The position numbers and the translations under genes are program-made. A DNA stretch of 32,000 nt, from the NCBI RefSeq assembly GCF_033097485.1, contig NZ_AP028634.1, positions 765,126-797,125 of the forward strand. The letters are read 5' to 3'. The notes under the pieces were generated by a model that saw only the letters and a program-made list of their open reading frames with translations, was not told where the DNA came from and made no database searches. The stretch comes from Pyrofollis japonicus. Lineage in GTDB: Archaea; Thermoproteota; Thermoprotei_A; Sulfolobales; Pyrodictiaceae. Position 1 is the first letter of the stretch. Each line of letters starts with the position of its first letter. Shown in pieces: positions 16,939 through 24,885 of this stretch.

Positions 16939-17005
16939 CCCAAGAACTACAAAGTAGGCTTTAAAGAATAATGTTACAGCCACATTAAATGTCTGTACGC
17001 AATAA

Positions 17006-17015
17006 AACATAAATA
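17006..17015 (+). promoter_or_regulatory. Putative TATA/BRE-like element AACATAAATA upstream of the 252-aa orphan
   Basis: Identical 10-mer to 15252-15261. It lies about 40-60 nt upstream of the candidate starts GTG 17054 and ATG 17072. Confidence 0.3.
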
Positions 17016-17053
17016 GCTTTTGTATACACACTCTAGTAATCGGTGCCTGAGCT

Positions 17054-17812
17054 GTGCCACAACCCCATCAAATGAGAGTCATAGGTGGTAAAGTCAAGGG
17101 TGTTGTTGCCTCTGGGCCCGTGCTGAACGGATTAACGAGGTGGATAGGTCGTCTAGCGGTTAACGCAATCGCACGTGATGCTCTAACAGCACTACTAGAA
17201 TTAGAAAATGGGAACAAGAATGGCTTAGCACAGTCCCTAAAGGCTCTCGAAAGCATTATTAGAAGCGACTCGGCTATTACTATTGCCTCAAACTGGCTCC
17301 GGAGACTAGCCAACGAGTTAGGGATAGGTTACCGTGATGCGATTAACCTAGCACATGCTATATACTCCACAGATGCTGCAGGCGACGACCTAATATTCGT
17401 AATAAAGCCATCCCAGGACTTAATTGACTCAGAGAGGTTAGAGGAGTCGATAAGGAGTGGTGCCCTCGAGCTAAGAGAGCTAAGGAGACTAGGCGTCTAC
17501 ACAGCATGCCCAAGCCGCGGCACGCTCCCCGTCATGGCCGGCGTGGACGCGACGGCCCAAAATACGCCTAGTCAACTACTACGCCTCGCAAGCAGGCTTG
17601 GAAGACGTACAAGGCAGAAGGGTCTCTTCGGAACCGATAAGGCGTATATCAGGGTTACCAGGCTGGAAGGCCATTGCGACCCCACGCTCATAACAATACC
17701 GAAGAAAGTCATTGTGCTAATATACGGCGACTGGCTAAACGGCCTCGCAACAATAATTAAGGCAATAATGGGTGGGAAGGCGAAGTACATGGTATTCTAC
17801 GACTTCACCTAA
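17054..17812 (+). CDS. Hypothetical protein (orphan) with host-like GC, embedded in the AT-rich segment
   Basis: 252-aa ORF with a GTG start and an alternative ATG at 17072 (MRVIGGKVKG…). I recognise no Walker, HTH or catalytic motifs. The ORF length and codon composition support coding. Confidence 0.5.
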   Translation: MPQPHQMRVIGGKVKGVVASGPVLNGLTRWIGRLAVNAIARDALTALLELENGNKNGLAQSLKALESIIRSDSAITIASNWLRRLANELGIGYRDAINLAHAIYSTDAAGDDLIFVIKPSQDLIDSERLEESIRSGALELRELRRLGVYTACPSRGTLPVMAGVDATAQNTPSQLLRLASRLGRRTRQKGLFGTDKAYIRVTRLEGHCDPTLITIPKKVIVLIYGDWLNGLATIIKAIMGGKAKYMVFYDFT

Positions 17813-19187
17813 CCAAGCTTGAAAGCAGGTGATCCCGCATTCAAACAGTTCTGAACCTCTTTTTTAATAATATATTTTTAAATAGTTACATAATTGATAA
17901 AATTATTAATAAGCAAATTAACTTAATTATTCTTATTATCCTTTATATCCTCATAGTAATAGTTTTATGCCCTATACTGATGTACCTTGGAAAACATTTT
18001 GAAGTAGAGAGTGTCAAAGTGTTCGGCGTCTGTAACATTTCCTTCCTTCCTCCAGCCTCATTTAGAGGAACAAGAAGGGGCCATTACTATAGCTCATATA
18101 GGGCTCAAAAAGTATCTGGTCCGAGCAATTATATACCTTCATTTAGACATTCATATCGTGGAGCTAGGCACAACATGCAGAGAATCCGGTGGCCCCATCA
18201 CCGTCTGTATTCCCATTATATAACTCTTAAGAAGCATAGAAGAAAGAGCTTGAAAAAAGTCAGACAAAAAGTTAGACATTATATTCGTAGTACTGTTAAA
18301 CGCGTTAGCCGAGAAGAAGATAACGCTTCTTAGACAGCATTAGCAGAACAGAACATTATTGAAATATCCTATTAACATAGTTAGTATAGAGCAGACCATA
18401 TTCTCTCGCCGCAGGGCTATGAAGAGGTCAACAGCTATTATTCTGTGGCAACCAAGAGTCTTTGCAGCAAGAACGTACATAGGGTCAATTATTCTCCTTG
18501 GGCTCTAGCAACATTCTCCTACATAACTTATCTATCTCAGAGCTAAGTCTATCTAGATTTATCCCTTATCCTCTACGCCTATTCCCTCAATAAGCGTCTC
18601 AACGGTCCCTTAGGGTCTCCTCCTTCTAGCCCTCGAGCCAGTGCACGCTGCTTATCACGCAGCTATGCTTAGAGTAACATTCTCTAAGGAAACCTCCTAG
18701 TCTTAGAGTCTTCTAGGGCTTATACCACTGTGCTCATGTTAAGGTAAAGCAGCAGCTTCCCTTGTTGCGCTATCATATAGCATCTAACTCTAAGGAGCCC
18801 TAGATTATCCTTTAAATCCATTGCCTAATTGCGTAGACTACATGAAAGGAAAAGGACTAGATAATGAAAAAGGCATGCAACGCCTAGTAACACACCATTA
18901 TACTCAGCCACACTGAATGGACTATACTATTACCATTGACCATATTCTTAAACCGAATCATCTATATCATGGTATTTGAACGTAACTCATTAAAAAGATA
19001 AGATTCCTATACCTCAGGTACTAGCAATTCAGGCTTGATTCAACTGATGAATCTAAGAGCTTACATAATACGCATTCCTATTCCTTACTACTATGGGCTC
19101 CATTGAACCTTCACGCAGCTTAACTAATTGAGTTCCTAACAATACTCCACTGTTAAAATATCACTATACTTAATCCGATTTTAGTTT

Positions 19188-19931
19188 TCATTGCGCTGGA
19201 CAAAGAGCCATTGCAAGCAAAATAGACAACACTATCAGTGTTGACGCAGCTGCTGAGGGCAGGCTAAGAATAGGCGTTACCGGGTCATCCTGGCTGATCG
19301 CGTAGAAGACAAGCACGTCGAACAAACCCATTACACCGAGTATGAAGGCTAGGAGGAGTGCGTCACCCTTCTCTATTACTTCCCCGGCAAATACTAGCTT
19401 CTGTGGGAGCACTATGGCCGCTACAACTGCGAGGCCGAGGCTTAGTATGCTTAGTAGTAGGCTTGCTAAGAGGTAGCGACTTCGACGAGAAACTATCCTT
19501 GTCTCATCAACTGGTCCTTTACCGGCTCTCTGCTCTAGAAGATCCTTCATCTCGGCTGCTCCGTAGCCGAAGAGCAGCCTCTTCCCATCAATCGTCTCGA
19601 CCAGGAGGAGGTTATGGGGCTTATCAGCATAGATGAATACTTCACCGATGTTTTTGAAGCGGAAGCGCCCAGAGTAGAAGTATCTCGGTACAGCTATGCC
19701 AGCAATCCGCATGCCCTTACCAGGGTTCTCGACTATCCTTACCTCTTTTATAGAGCCCAGTGGTATCTCGATTCTCCCGCAGCGCCCAAGCTTGACGAGA
19801 AACAAGTCATCTCTTATCTCGAAGCTCGCCTTACAGAGCCTTCGCGCGAGAAATAGCAGTACTATTATCCCGATAGAGAGGCCAGCGATCCCCGTATAGA
19901 AGAGTAGGTCGCTGAGCAGACAAGAAGGCAA
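19188..19931 (-). CDS. Polytopic membrane protein with a possible bacterial-PH-like (bPH/YdbT-type) soluble domain
   Basis: 247 aa with a TTG start. An N-terminal TM is followed by a ~110-aa beta-rich segment (FEIRDDLFLVKLGR…IEIPLGSIKEVRIV…LLLVETIDGKRLLFG) resembling bPH domains, and then by three TM helices. Confidence 0.55.
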   Translation of the reverse strand: MPSCLLSDLLFYTGIAGLSIGIIVLLFLARRLCKASFEIRDDLFLVKLGRCGRIEIPLGSIKEVRIVENPGKGMRIAGIAVPRYFYSGRFRFKNIGEVFIYADKPHNLLLVETIDGKRLLFGYGAAEMKDLLEQRAGKGPVDETRIVSRRSRYLLASLLLSILSLGLAVVAAIVLPQKLVFAGEVIEKGDALLLAFILGVMGLFDVLVFYAISQDDPVTPILSLPSAAASTLIVLSILLAMALCPAQ

Positions 19932-20067
19932 AATGAACTACACCTCCTACCTTGCCACCATTTACTTGGATAAAGGCGTCTTGCTTAAGAAGCGCATTGC
20001 CGCTTAACCAATAGGCTTGGAAAGAAGTTCTAATGCCTAGGCCTTCTCCCTCTAAAGCCGGGTATGT

Positions 20068-20811
20068 GTGTTGCGTGTAGCATTTCTCGGCACTGGTGGG
20101 GCGGGTGCGCCTCCGGGCCGCGCAGAGAACTCGATACTTGTCGAGGACAAAGATACGCGGATGCTGCTAGACTGTGGACCCGGCTGCGGGCAGAGGCTCT
20201 ACGAGGCAGGGTTCAGCGTAAGAGACCTTGACTACGTGTATATTTCTCATCTGCATCTAGACCACTGGTCTGGCTTGTTCGAACTAACAGTCTATGCCTC
20301 CGTGGAGGGTGTTTCACCGCCTGCAATCATTGTTGCCGTGCCTCTTCTCGAAGACTTCGAGAACACTGTTATAGGGCTTCTTCCCCGCTCGGTTCGCGAG
20401 AAGCTACGAGTAGTGCCGATAAGGCCTGGAGAGGCTACGAGCCTGGGCTCGTTTAATATAACCCCAATAGAGTCTTCTCACAGCATACCATGCTACGGCG
20501 TACTCGTAGAGAATCGTGCTGCTAGACTGCTCTACACCTCTGATACACGTGTTACTGAACAGTACCGCCGCCTCGCGGGAACAGTATCGATGCTCGTAAC
20601 CGAGGCCACCATGCCGACTGGGATGGAGAGTATTGCCGAGGCCACTGGGCATCAGACAGTGAGCCAGGCACTAGGATACCGCGAGTACATGAGCAATGAC
20701 TCGCTGCTAGCACTTGTCCATATAACTCTTTCAAGCATAGAGGAACTGGGGAAAATACGTGCACGCGGCACCATAGTGCCTAGCGACTTGTCCACTGTAT
20801 CGCTCTGGTAG
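20068..20811 (+). CDS. Metallo-beta-lactamase-fold hydrolase (RNase Z/ElaC-like short form)
   Basis: N-terminal FLGTGGAG, a DCGPG motif and the HLHLDHWSG (HxHxDH) zinc motif, with later His/Asp residues. GTG start. Confidence 0.8.
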   Translation: MLRVAFLGTGGAGAPPGRAENSILVEDKDTRMLLDCGPGCGQRLYEAGFSVRDLDYVYISHLHLDHWSGLFELTVYASVEGVSPPAIIVAVPLLEDFENTVIGLLPRSVREKLRVVPIRPGEATSLGSFNITPIESSHSIPCYGVLVENRAARLLYTSDTRVTEQYRRLAGTVSMLVTEATMPTGMESIAEATGHQTVSQALGYREYMSNDSLLALVHITLSSIEELGKIRARGTIVPSDLSTVSLW

Positions 20812-20890
20812 GCGTCGCACTCTCTCCGGGATTACACAAGACCTTATTCACGGTGATACCTATCTACATAGGTAGAGACGGGGAACGGGA

Positions 20891-21841
20891 GTGAAGCTAG
20901 CAGACCTGAGGCTTCTCCTCGGCTACGAGGTCTGGAGCTTCATAGGCCTCACGCGCATAGCTGCTCCAGGCGGCGGCGTAGAGCCAGCGCTCGTCTATCG
21001 GGGCCGCGTCTACCCGTTATCGGCATGGGGGTTCAATGACGTTAAAGAGGTCATGTTAGAGTACCCGCCAGAGGACATAGAGCACCTGGCTAGAATGGTG
21101 AGTAGCAGCGATAAGGGGTTGCCGCTCGGAGGTGTAAGGTTTCTCGCCCCGATAGAGAGGCCGTCGAAGATAATAGCTGTTGGGCTAAACTATCGCGCCC
21201 ATGCAGCAGAGACGGGAAGAAATCCTCCACCGGTTCCAGACCTATTCGTGAAGACCGTGAATACTGTGATCGGGCCAGGTGACCCAATAATACTGCATGA
21301 CCCCGGGCTACGTGTCGATGCTGAGGCCGAGCTGGCGGTCGTTATAGGGCTGCCGGGCAGGAGCCTCGAGCCGGAAGAGGTTATAGAGAACATATGGGGG
21401 TACATGGCGTTCAACGATGTCTCGGCGAGGTATGAGCAGCACCTTGTAGGCGCCTCCCAGTGGTGGAGGGGAAAAAGCAGGGACACCTATGCCCCAATGG
21501 GGCCAGTCATAGTGCCGCGCACGCTCATCAGCCCGTGGAAAGGCGTAGACGTCATCCTACGGGTATCTGGCGAGGAACTGCAGCATGGGAACACTAGCGA
21601 CATGATACACGACGTGAAAATGCTCGTCTCCTATGCTAGTCGAGGCACATTCCTAGAACCCGGCGACATAATCGCGACAGGAACGCCTCCAGGAGTAGGC
21701 TTCGCTAGAAACCCTCCCAGGCACCTACAGCCAGGCGACATAGTTGAAGTATGTATAGGGAAGATAGGCTGTATAGTCAACCCTGTCGTCCCCGAGAAGC
21801 CAATTAGGGAAAGCAAAGAAGAGCGGGATAAAAGCGTCTAA
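20891..21841 (+). CDS. Fumarylacetoacetate hydrolase (FAH) family protein (2-keto-4-pentenoate hydratase / oxaloacetate decarboxylase type)
   Basis: KIIAVGLNYRAHAAE, EAELAVVIG, FNDVSARY and GDIIATGTPPGVG are characteristic FAH-family motifs. Confidence 0.85.
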   Translation: MKLADLRLLLGYEVWSFIGLTRIAAPGGGVEPALVYRGRVYPLSAWGFNDVKEVMLEYPPEDIEHLARMVSSSDKGLPLGGVRFLAPIERPSKIIAVGLNYRAHAAETGRNPPPVPDLFVKTVNTVIGPGDPIILHDPGLRVDAEAELAVVIGLPGRSLEPEEVIENIWGYMAFNDVSARYEQHLVGASQWWRGKSRDTYAPMGPVIVPRTLISPWKGVDVILRVSGEELQHGNTSDMIHDVKMLVSYASRGTFLEPGDIIATGTPPGVGFARNPPRHLQPGDIVEVCIGKIGCIVNPVVPEKPIRESKEERDKSV

Positions 21842-21849
21842 AAAGCTCC

Positions 21850-22236
21850 GTGGGGATAATGATGGGGTTGGTGCTTGCCATCGCTATAGGCACTATTATA
21901 GCTTTCGTATCAACTCCTCTTCCGCTAGGCATATTCCTCGGCTATCTTATTGCTGGGTTTCTCGCAGGCTACCTGGCTGGCCAGGGGCCGCTGAAGGGTG
22001 CATTGGCTGGATTTGTTTCGTCATTGATTGCGCTCGTAGCCTGGTCACTTATCGCGATTAGCGCTGGCGCTGCCCTGCTTGGCTGGCTTGGCGCACTACT
22101 GGGATGGGCGCTGTCAGCAATGCTTTTCGTAATAGGTGGATGCGGTATCTGTGTGGCTGTTATAGGTGGTGCGTTAGGAGGAGCTATTTCTGCACGAAAA
22201 CACCGTGCTACAAGAAGAGTCCTGGAGCAGTCTTAG
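21850..22236 (+). CDS. Small Gly/Ala-rich integral membrane protein
   Basis: 128 aa with four hydrophobic helices and a basic C-terminal tail. It starts 8 nt after the FAH gene. Confidence 0.55.
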   Translation: MGIMMGLVLAIAIGTIIAFVSTPLPLGIFLGYLIAGFLAGYLAGQGPLKGALAGFVSSLIALVAWSLIAISAGAALLGWLGALLGWALSAMLFVIGGCGICVAVIGGALGGAISARKHRATRRVLEQS

Positions 22237-22659
22237 AACGATTTCAAATACCGCATTGATGCTAGTAATCTCTCTGTGCTCGCTCCTATACCATAGCTCG
22301 GCTGCTCCGCTTCTTCGGAGAAAGACCGCGCATCCACCCTGTTTCCTCACATCTTCTATGTGTTCTTTGAAGCCCTCTACAATGACTACGTCGTTTTCCG
22401 ATACCAAGCATATTGCTTCTTCGAGGCCTAGTCTTCGGGGCTCAACCACCATGTACTCGGCTGGGCCTACTGCGACTACTCGCTGGGCACCTGCCGCTAG
22501 GTATCGCCCCGTGTCCTTTACCCGGTAGTCTACACCGTGGTGTACGTGCTTTACTACGCCTACGCTGAGCCCTCTGGATGTAAGCGCTTTGACTAGTTTC
22601 TCTCCGAGAAGCGTTTTTCCGACGTCGCGTCCCTCGCCAGCGATTAGGAGAAGTTGCAT
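22174..22659 (-). CDS. mobB: MobB-like molybdopterin-guanine dinucleotide biosynthesis adapter protein
   Basis: MQLLLIAGEGRDVGKT (degenerate P-loop), GVVKHVHHG and VKDTGRYLAAGA match MobB. ATG 22659 gives the family-typical N-terminus, whereas the track ORF starts at 22710. The 3' end overlaps the convergent membrane-protein gene by 63 nt. Confidence 0.75.
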   Translation of the reverse strand: MQLLLIAGEGRDVGKTLLGEKLVKALTSRGLSVGVVKHVHHGVDYRVKDTGRYLAAGAQRVVAVGPAEYMVVEPRRLGLEEAICLVSENDVVIVEGFKEHIEDVRKQGGCAVFLRRSGAAELWYRSEHREITSINAVFEIVLRLLQDSSCSTVFSCRNSSS

Positions 22660-22800
22660 ACTCGTCCCGTGGCAGCTACGTTGCCTCTGCCCAGGTATAA
22701 TAGTTGCCACCTAGTCTTTTGCTATGCGATACTCGTTGCCGTCTTCTACGGGTAAAGACTTAGTTCCTCCGGCCGTGGGGAAGCATGGCTGTGGGCGCTC

Positions 22801-23976
22801 TTGATGGAATCGATGAGAAGGTGCAGAGAGCAGGTCTTTGGGGAGAAGAGATGCGAAGACGTTATTGAGGAGCTGGGGACTCTGATCTCCCGTGATCCTA
22901 GGCCGTGCAGTGTCGCTGGCACTATGGTTGCTGAGCCCTTTGACGTTGCTGCGGAAGCGTATAGGATGTTCATGCATGTTAACTATAACGACCCTGCTTC
23001 CTTCAATTCAGTACATGTTGTCAAGGAGCGCCTAGAGGCGCTGATCTCCGAGCTTCTTGGGCGGAGAATAAGGCTGCTCTATACTTACGGGGGCTCCGAG
23101 TCCACTCTCAGCGCGCTCTACGCGTTCAGGGAAACATATGGAGTCAAGGGTATAATTGCATCAAGGGCTGCACATGCGAGTGTGTTTAAGGCTTGCAGGA
23201 TACTGGGCCTGCGATGCCACATGGCTGGCGTGAACCCTGACCTAACTATCAGCGTGGATGATGTTGAGGAGCTCGTGGAGAGCCTGCCATACCGGGTAGC
23301 CCTGGTAGCCACACTAGGCCTTACAGACAACGGCGCCTTGGACCCCATTGAGGAGCTGAACCAGATAGCGGAGGCCAACGACATACCTATTTATATTGAT
23401 GCCGTGTTTGGCGGCTTCCACTTATTGGCCAAGGGGGAGACGCGGCTCCTTACCCTTGGCTCTGTCAAGGCGTTTTCCCTGGACCCGCACAAGCTCTATG
23501 CCCCGCCTGGCTCCGGCCTCCTCGTAGTCCTAGACAATGATCTCATGAACGCGCTTAGATTTGATGCACCATATATGCCTATGGGTTCACAGGAAGGACT
23601 CCTCTGGACCCGCAACGCTGCCGGGCTTGCAGCAACCTATGCGGGGCTAAGGCTTCTCGGGAGAGAAGGACTCAAACGCTTAACCACAACGCTCATGATG
23701 TTGGCCGAGGAGCTTAAAGTGGGGCTCGAGGAAGCAGGGGTAGTCGTCTATTCCAAGCCCTGGACTCCGCTCGTTGCATTCAATGTTGGAAGGGCTTGGA
23801 AAAGAGTTCTCAGCCTCCTGGGATCCAGAGGGATAATACTGTATCCATCAAGGCTGCCTGGAACTCTAAGATATATAGTCAAGTGGTGCCATAGCCGAGG
23901 GTTCGTCAAGACAGTAATCGAGGCGGTTAGAGAGTCACTTAAGCCCGTGAAAAATAGTGCTCGGGAGAAAGGATAG
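22801..23976 (+). CDS. Group-II PLP-dependent amino-acid decarboxylase (archaeal tyrosine/aspartate decarboxylase MfnA-like)
   Basis: PLP-lysine motif SLDPHKLYAPPGSGLLV, GGSESTLSALYA, and the N-terminal region TMVAEPFDVAAEAYRMFMHVNYNDP typical of the family. The start is TTG 22801 or ATG 22804. Confidence 0.85.
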   Translation: MMESMRRCREQVFGEKRCEDVIEELGTLISRDPRPCSVAGTMVAEPFDVAAEAYRMFMHVNYNDPASFNSVHVVKERLEALISELLGRRIRLLYTYGGSESTLSALYAFRETYGVKGIIASRAAHASVFKACRILGLRCHMAGVNPDLTISVDDVEELVESLPYRVALVATLGLTDNGALDPIEELNQIAEANDIPIYIDAVFGGFHLLAKGETRLLTLGSVKAFSLDPHKLYAPPGSGLLVVLDNDLMNALRFDAPYMPMGSQEGLLWTRNAAGLAATYAGLRLLGREGLKRLTTTLMMLAEELKVGLEEAGVVVYSKPWTPLVAFNVGRAWKRVLSLLGSRGIILYPSRLPGTLRYIVKWCHSRGFVKTVIEAVRESLKPVKNSAREKG

Positions 23977-24021
23977 GTAGGCGAGCACTACTTTTTACCA
24001 TTGGCTGCGCTCTCGTCACGG

Positions 24022-24864
24022 TTAAGGCTTTATCGAGGTCCCTGTCTCCTCGCTCAAAGCTTTTGTAACGGGGTCTTCTACGTTCCCAGGAGCTATGACA
24101 GCCTTTCCCACGCCCTTGGCGACCGCCTCGGCTGCCATCAATATCTTCCTGTTCATACCGTAGCCCGTCTTTGCAGCATACTCCTCGGCAAGGCTTAGCG
24201 GTATTGTGGGCACTACCTTGCCGTCTATGATCACGCCCTCTACGTCCGATAATAGGACGAGTGCTTCGGCTTGGATAGCTGTAGCTATACTTGATGCTGC
24301 TTGGTCTCCGTCAACGTTTAGGAGCTCGCCCTCTGTTCCCAGCGCGATCGGCGACACAACAACGGTATTAGTTATTGATAAGAGTTTCTCTATGCACTCC
24401 TTGTTAACAGAGACTATTTTGCCCGTATAGCCGCCTGGTATTACTTGTTTCCTGCCACGCTCATTGATTATTACTATCCTCTTCTTCCTCTGCGCCACCA
24501 TTATTCCGCAATCCGCCCCGGTGACACCTATTGCTCTCACCTTGTCGCTGTTGAGCTCAGCTACTATCTCCTTGTTAAGCTTCCCAGCCATAACCATGAC
24601 GTATACCTCTAGCTCCTCGGGGCCCGTGTACCTGCTCCTAATACCGCTCGGAGAAACAACGAAGCGCGGCTCAACACCCATTCTCTTAGAATACTCTGTG
24701 ACAACGTCGCCTCCTCCGTGAACAAATATTACTGGTTTACCATTATCGCTTAGCTCAACTATGTTTCTGAGTATCTTTATCCTCGTTTCCGGGTTCGCTA
24801 CAAGTCTTCCACCAGCCTTCACGACTATGGGCCTCTGTACAGACATGCGAGCCACCCTGGCCAC
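24022..24864 (-). CDS. lysZ: [LysW]-aminoadipate / acetylglutamate kinase (amino-acid kinase family)
   Basis: IVVKAGGR N-terminal motif, VHGGG, and the overall ArgB/LysZ pattern. It is adjacent to lysY and divergent from lysW-X-J-K. Confidence 0.9.
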   Translation of the reverse strand: MARVARMSVQRPIVVKAGGRLVANPETRIKILRNIVELSDNGKPVIFVHGGGDVVTEYSKRMGVEPRFVVSPSGIRSRYTGPEELEVYVMVMAGKLNKEIVAELNSDKVRAIGVTGADCGIMVAQRKKRIVIINERGRKQVIPGGYTGKIVSVNKECIEKLLSITNTVVVSPIALGTEGELLNVDGDQAASSIATAIQAEALVLLSDVEGVIIDGKVVPTIPLSLAEEYAAKTGYGMNRKILMAAEAVAKGVGKAVIAPGNVEDPVTKALSEETGTSIKP

Positions 24865-24885
24865 TGATCTGCTACTGCGCCTCTG

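Noticed and set aside
17860-17960. Replication origin (a DUE-like extreme AT tract with possible ORB-like boxes such as CTCCACTGTTAAAA at 19144-19157 or CCTTGGAAAAC at 17985-17995)
   Set aside because: The candidate boxes match the archaeal ORB dyad (TCCAnTGGAAA plus G-string) only partially. They are not arranged as inverted pairs around the AT tract, and no orc1/cdc6 or whiP gene is nearby.
17980-18333. 117-aa highly basic ORF (…RRKSLKKVRQKVRHYIRSTVKRV…), with a nested 70-aa ORF, in the AT-rich gap
   Set aside because: There is no SD or convincing promoter spacing, and the composition (Arg/Lys/Ser/Tyr/His) is what AT-rich non-coding DNA yields by chance. It matches no recognisable fold or motif. 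I treat it as unsupported rather than disproved.
18421-18490. Minus-strand peptide IDPMYVLAAKTLGCHRIIAVDL, resembling the nucleotide-binding region of zinc-type (MDR) alcohol/threonine dehydrogenases. This would suggest that 17970-19010 is a decayed dehydrogenase gene.
   Set aside because: The preceding GxGxxG is absent. I could not recover GHE or zinc-ligand motifs in any frame at the expected upstream distance. The similarity rests on about 12 residues. It is worth a frameshift-tolerant blastx but is not supportable by eye.
14850-19145. Possible island-terminal repeats (GATTTTA and TCCTAACnAT near both 14835-14866 and 19131-19177)
   Set aside because: They are only 7-10 nt long, imperfect, and occur in opposite relative order at the two ends. 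They cannot be told apart from chance in AT-rich DNA.
22711-22977. 88-aa and 75-aa minus-strand ORFs between mobB and the decarboxylase gene
   Set aside because: They overlap the well-supported 5' end of the decarboxylase gene on the opposite strand and extend over the divergent promoter region. They have no motifs.
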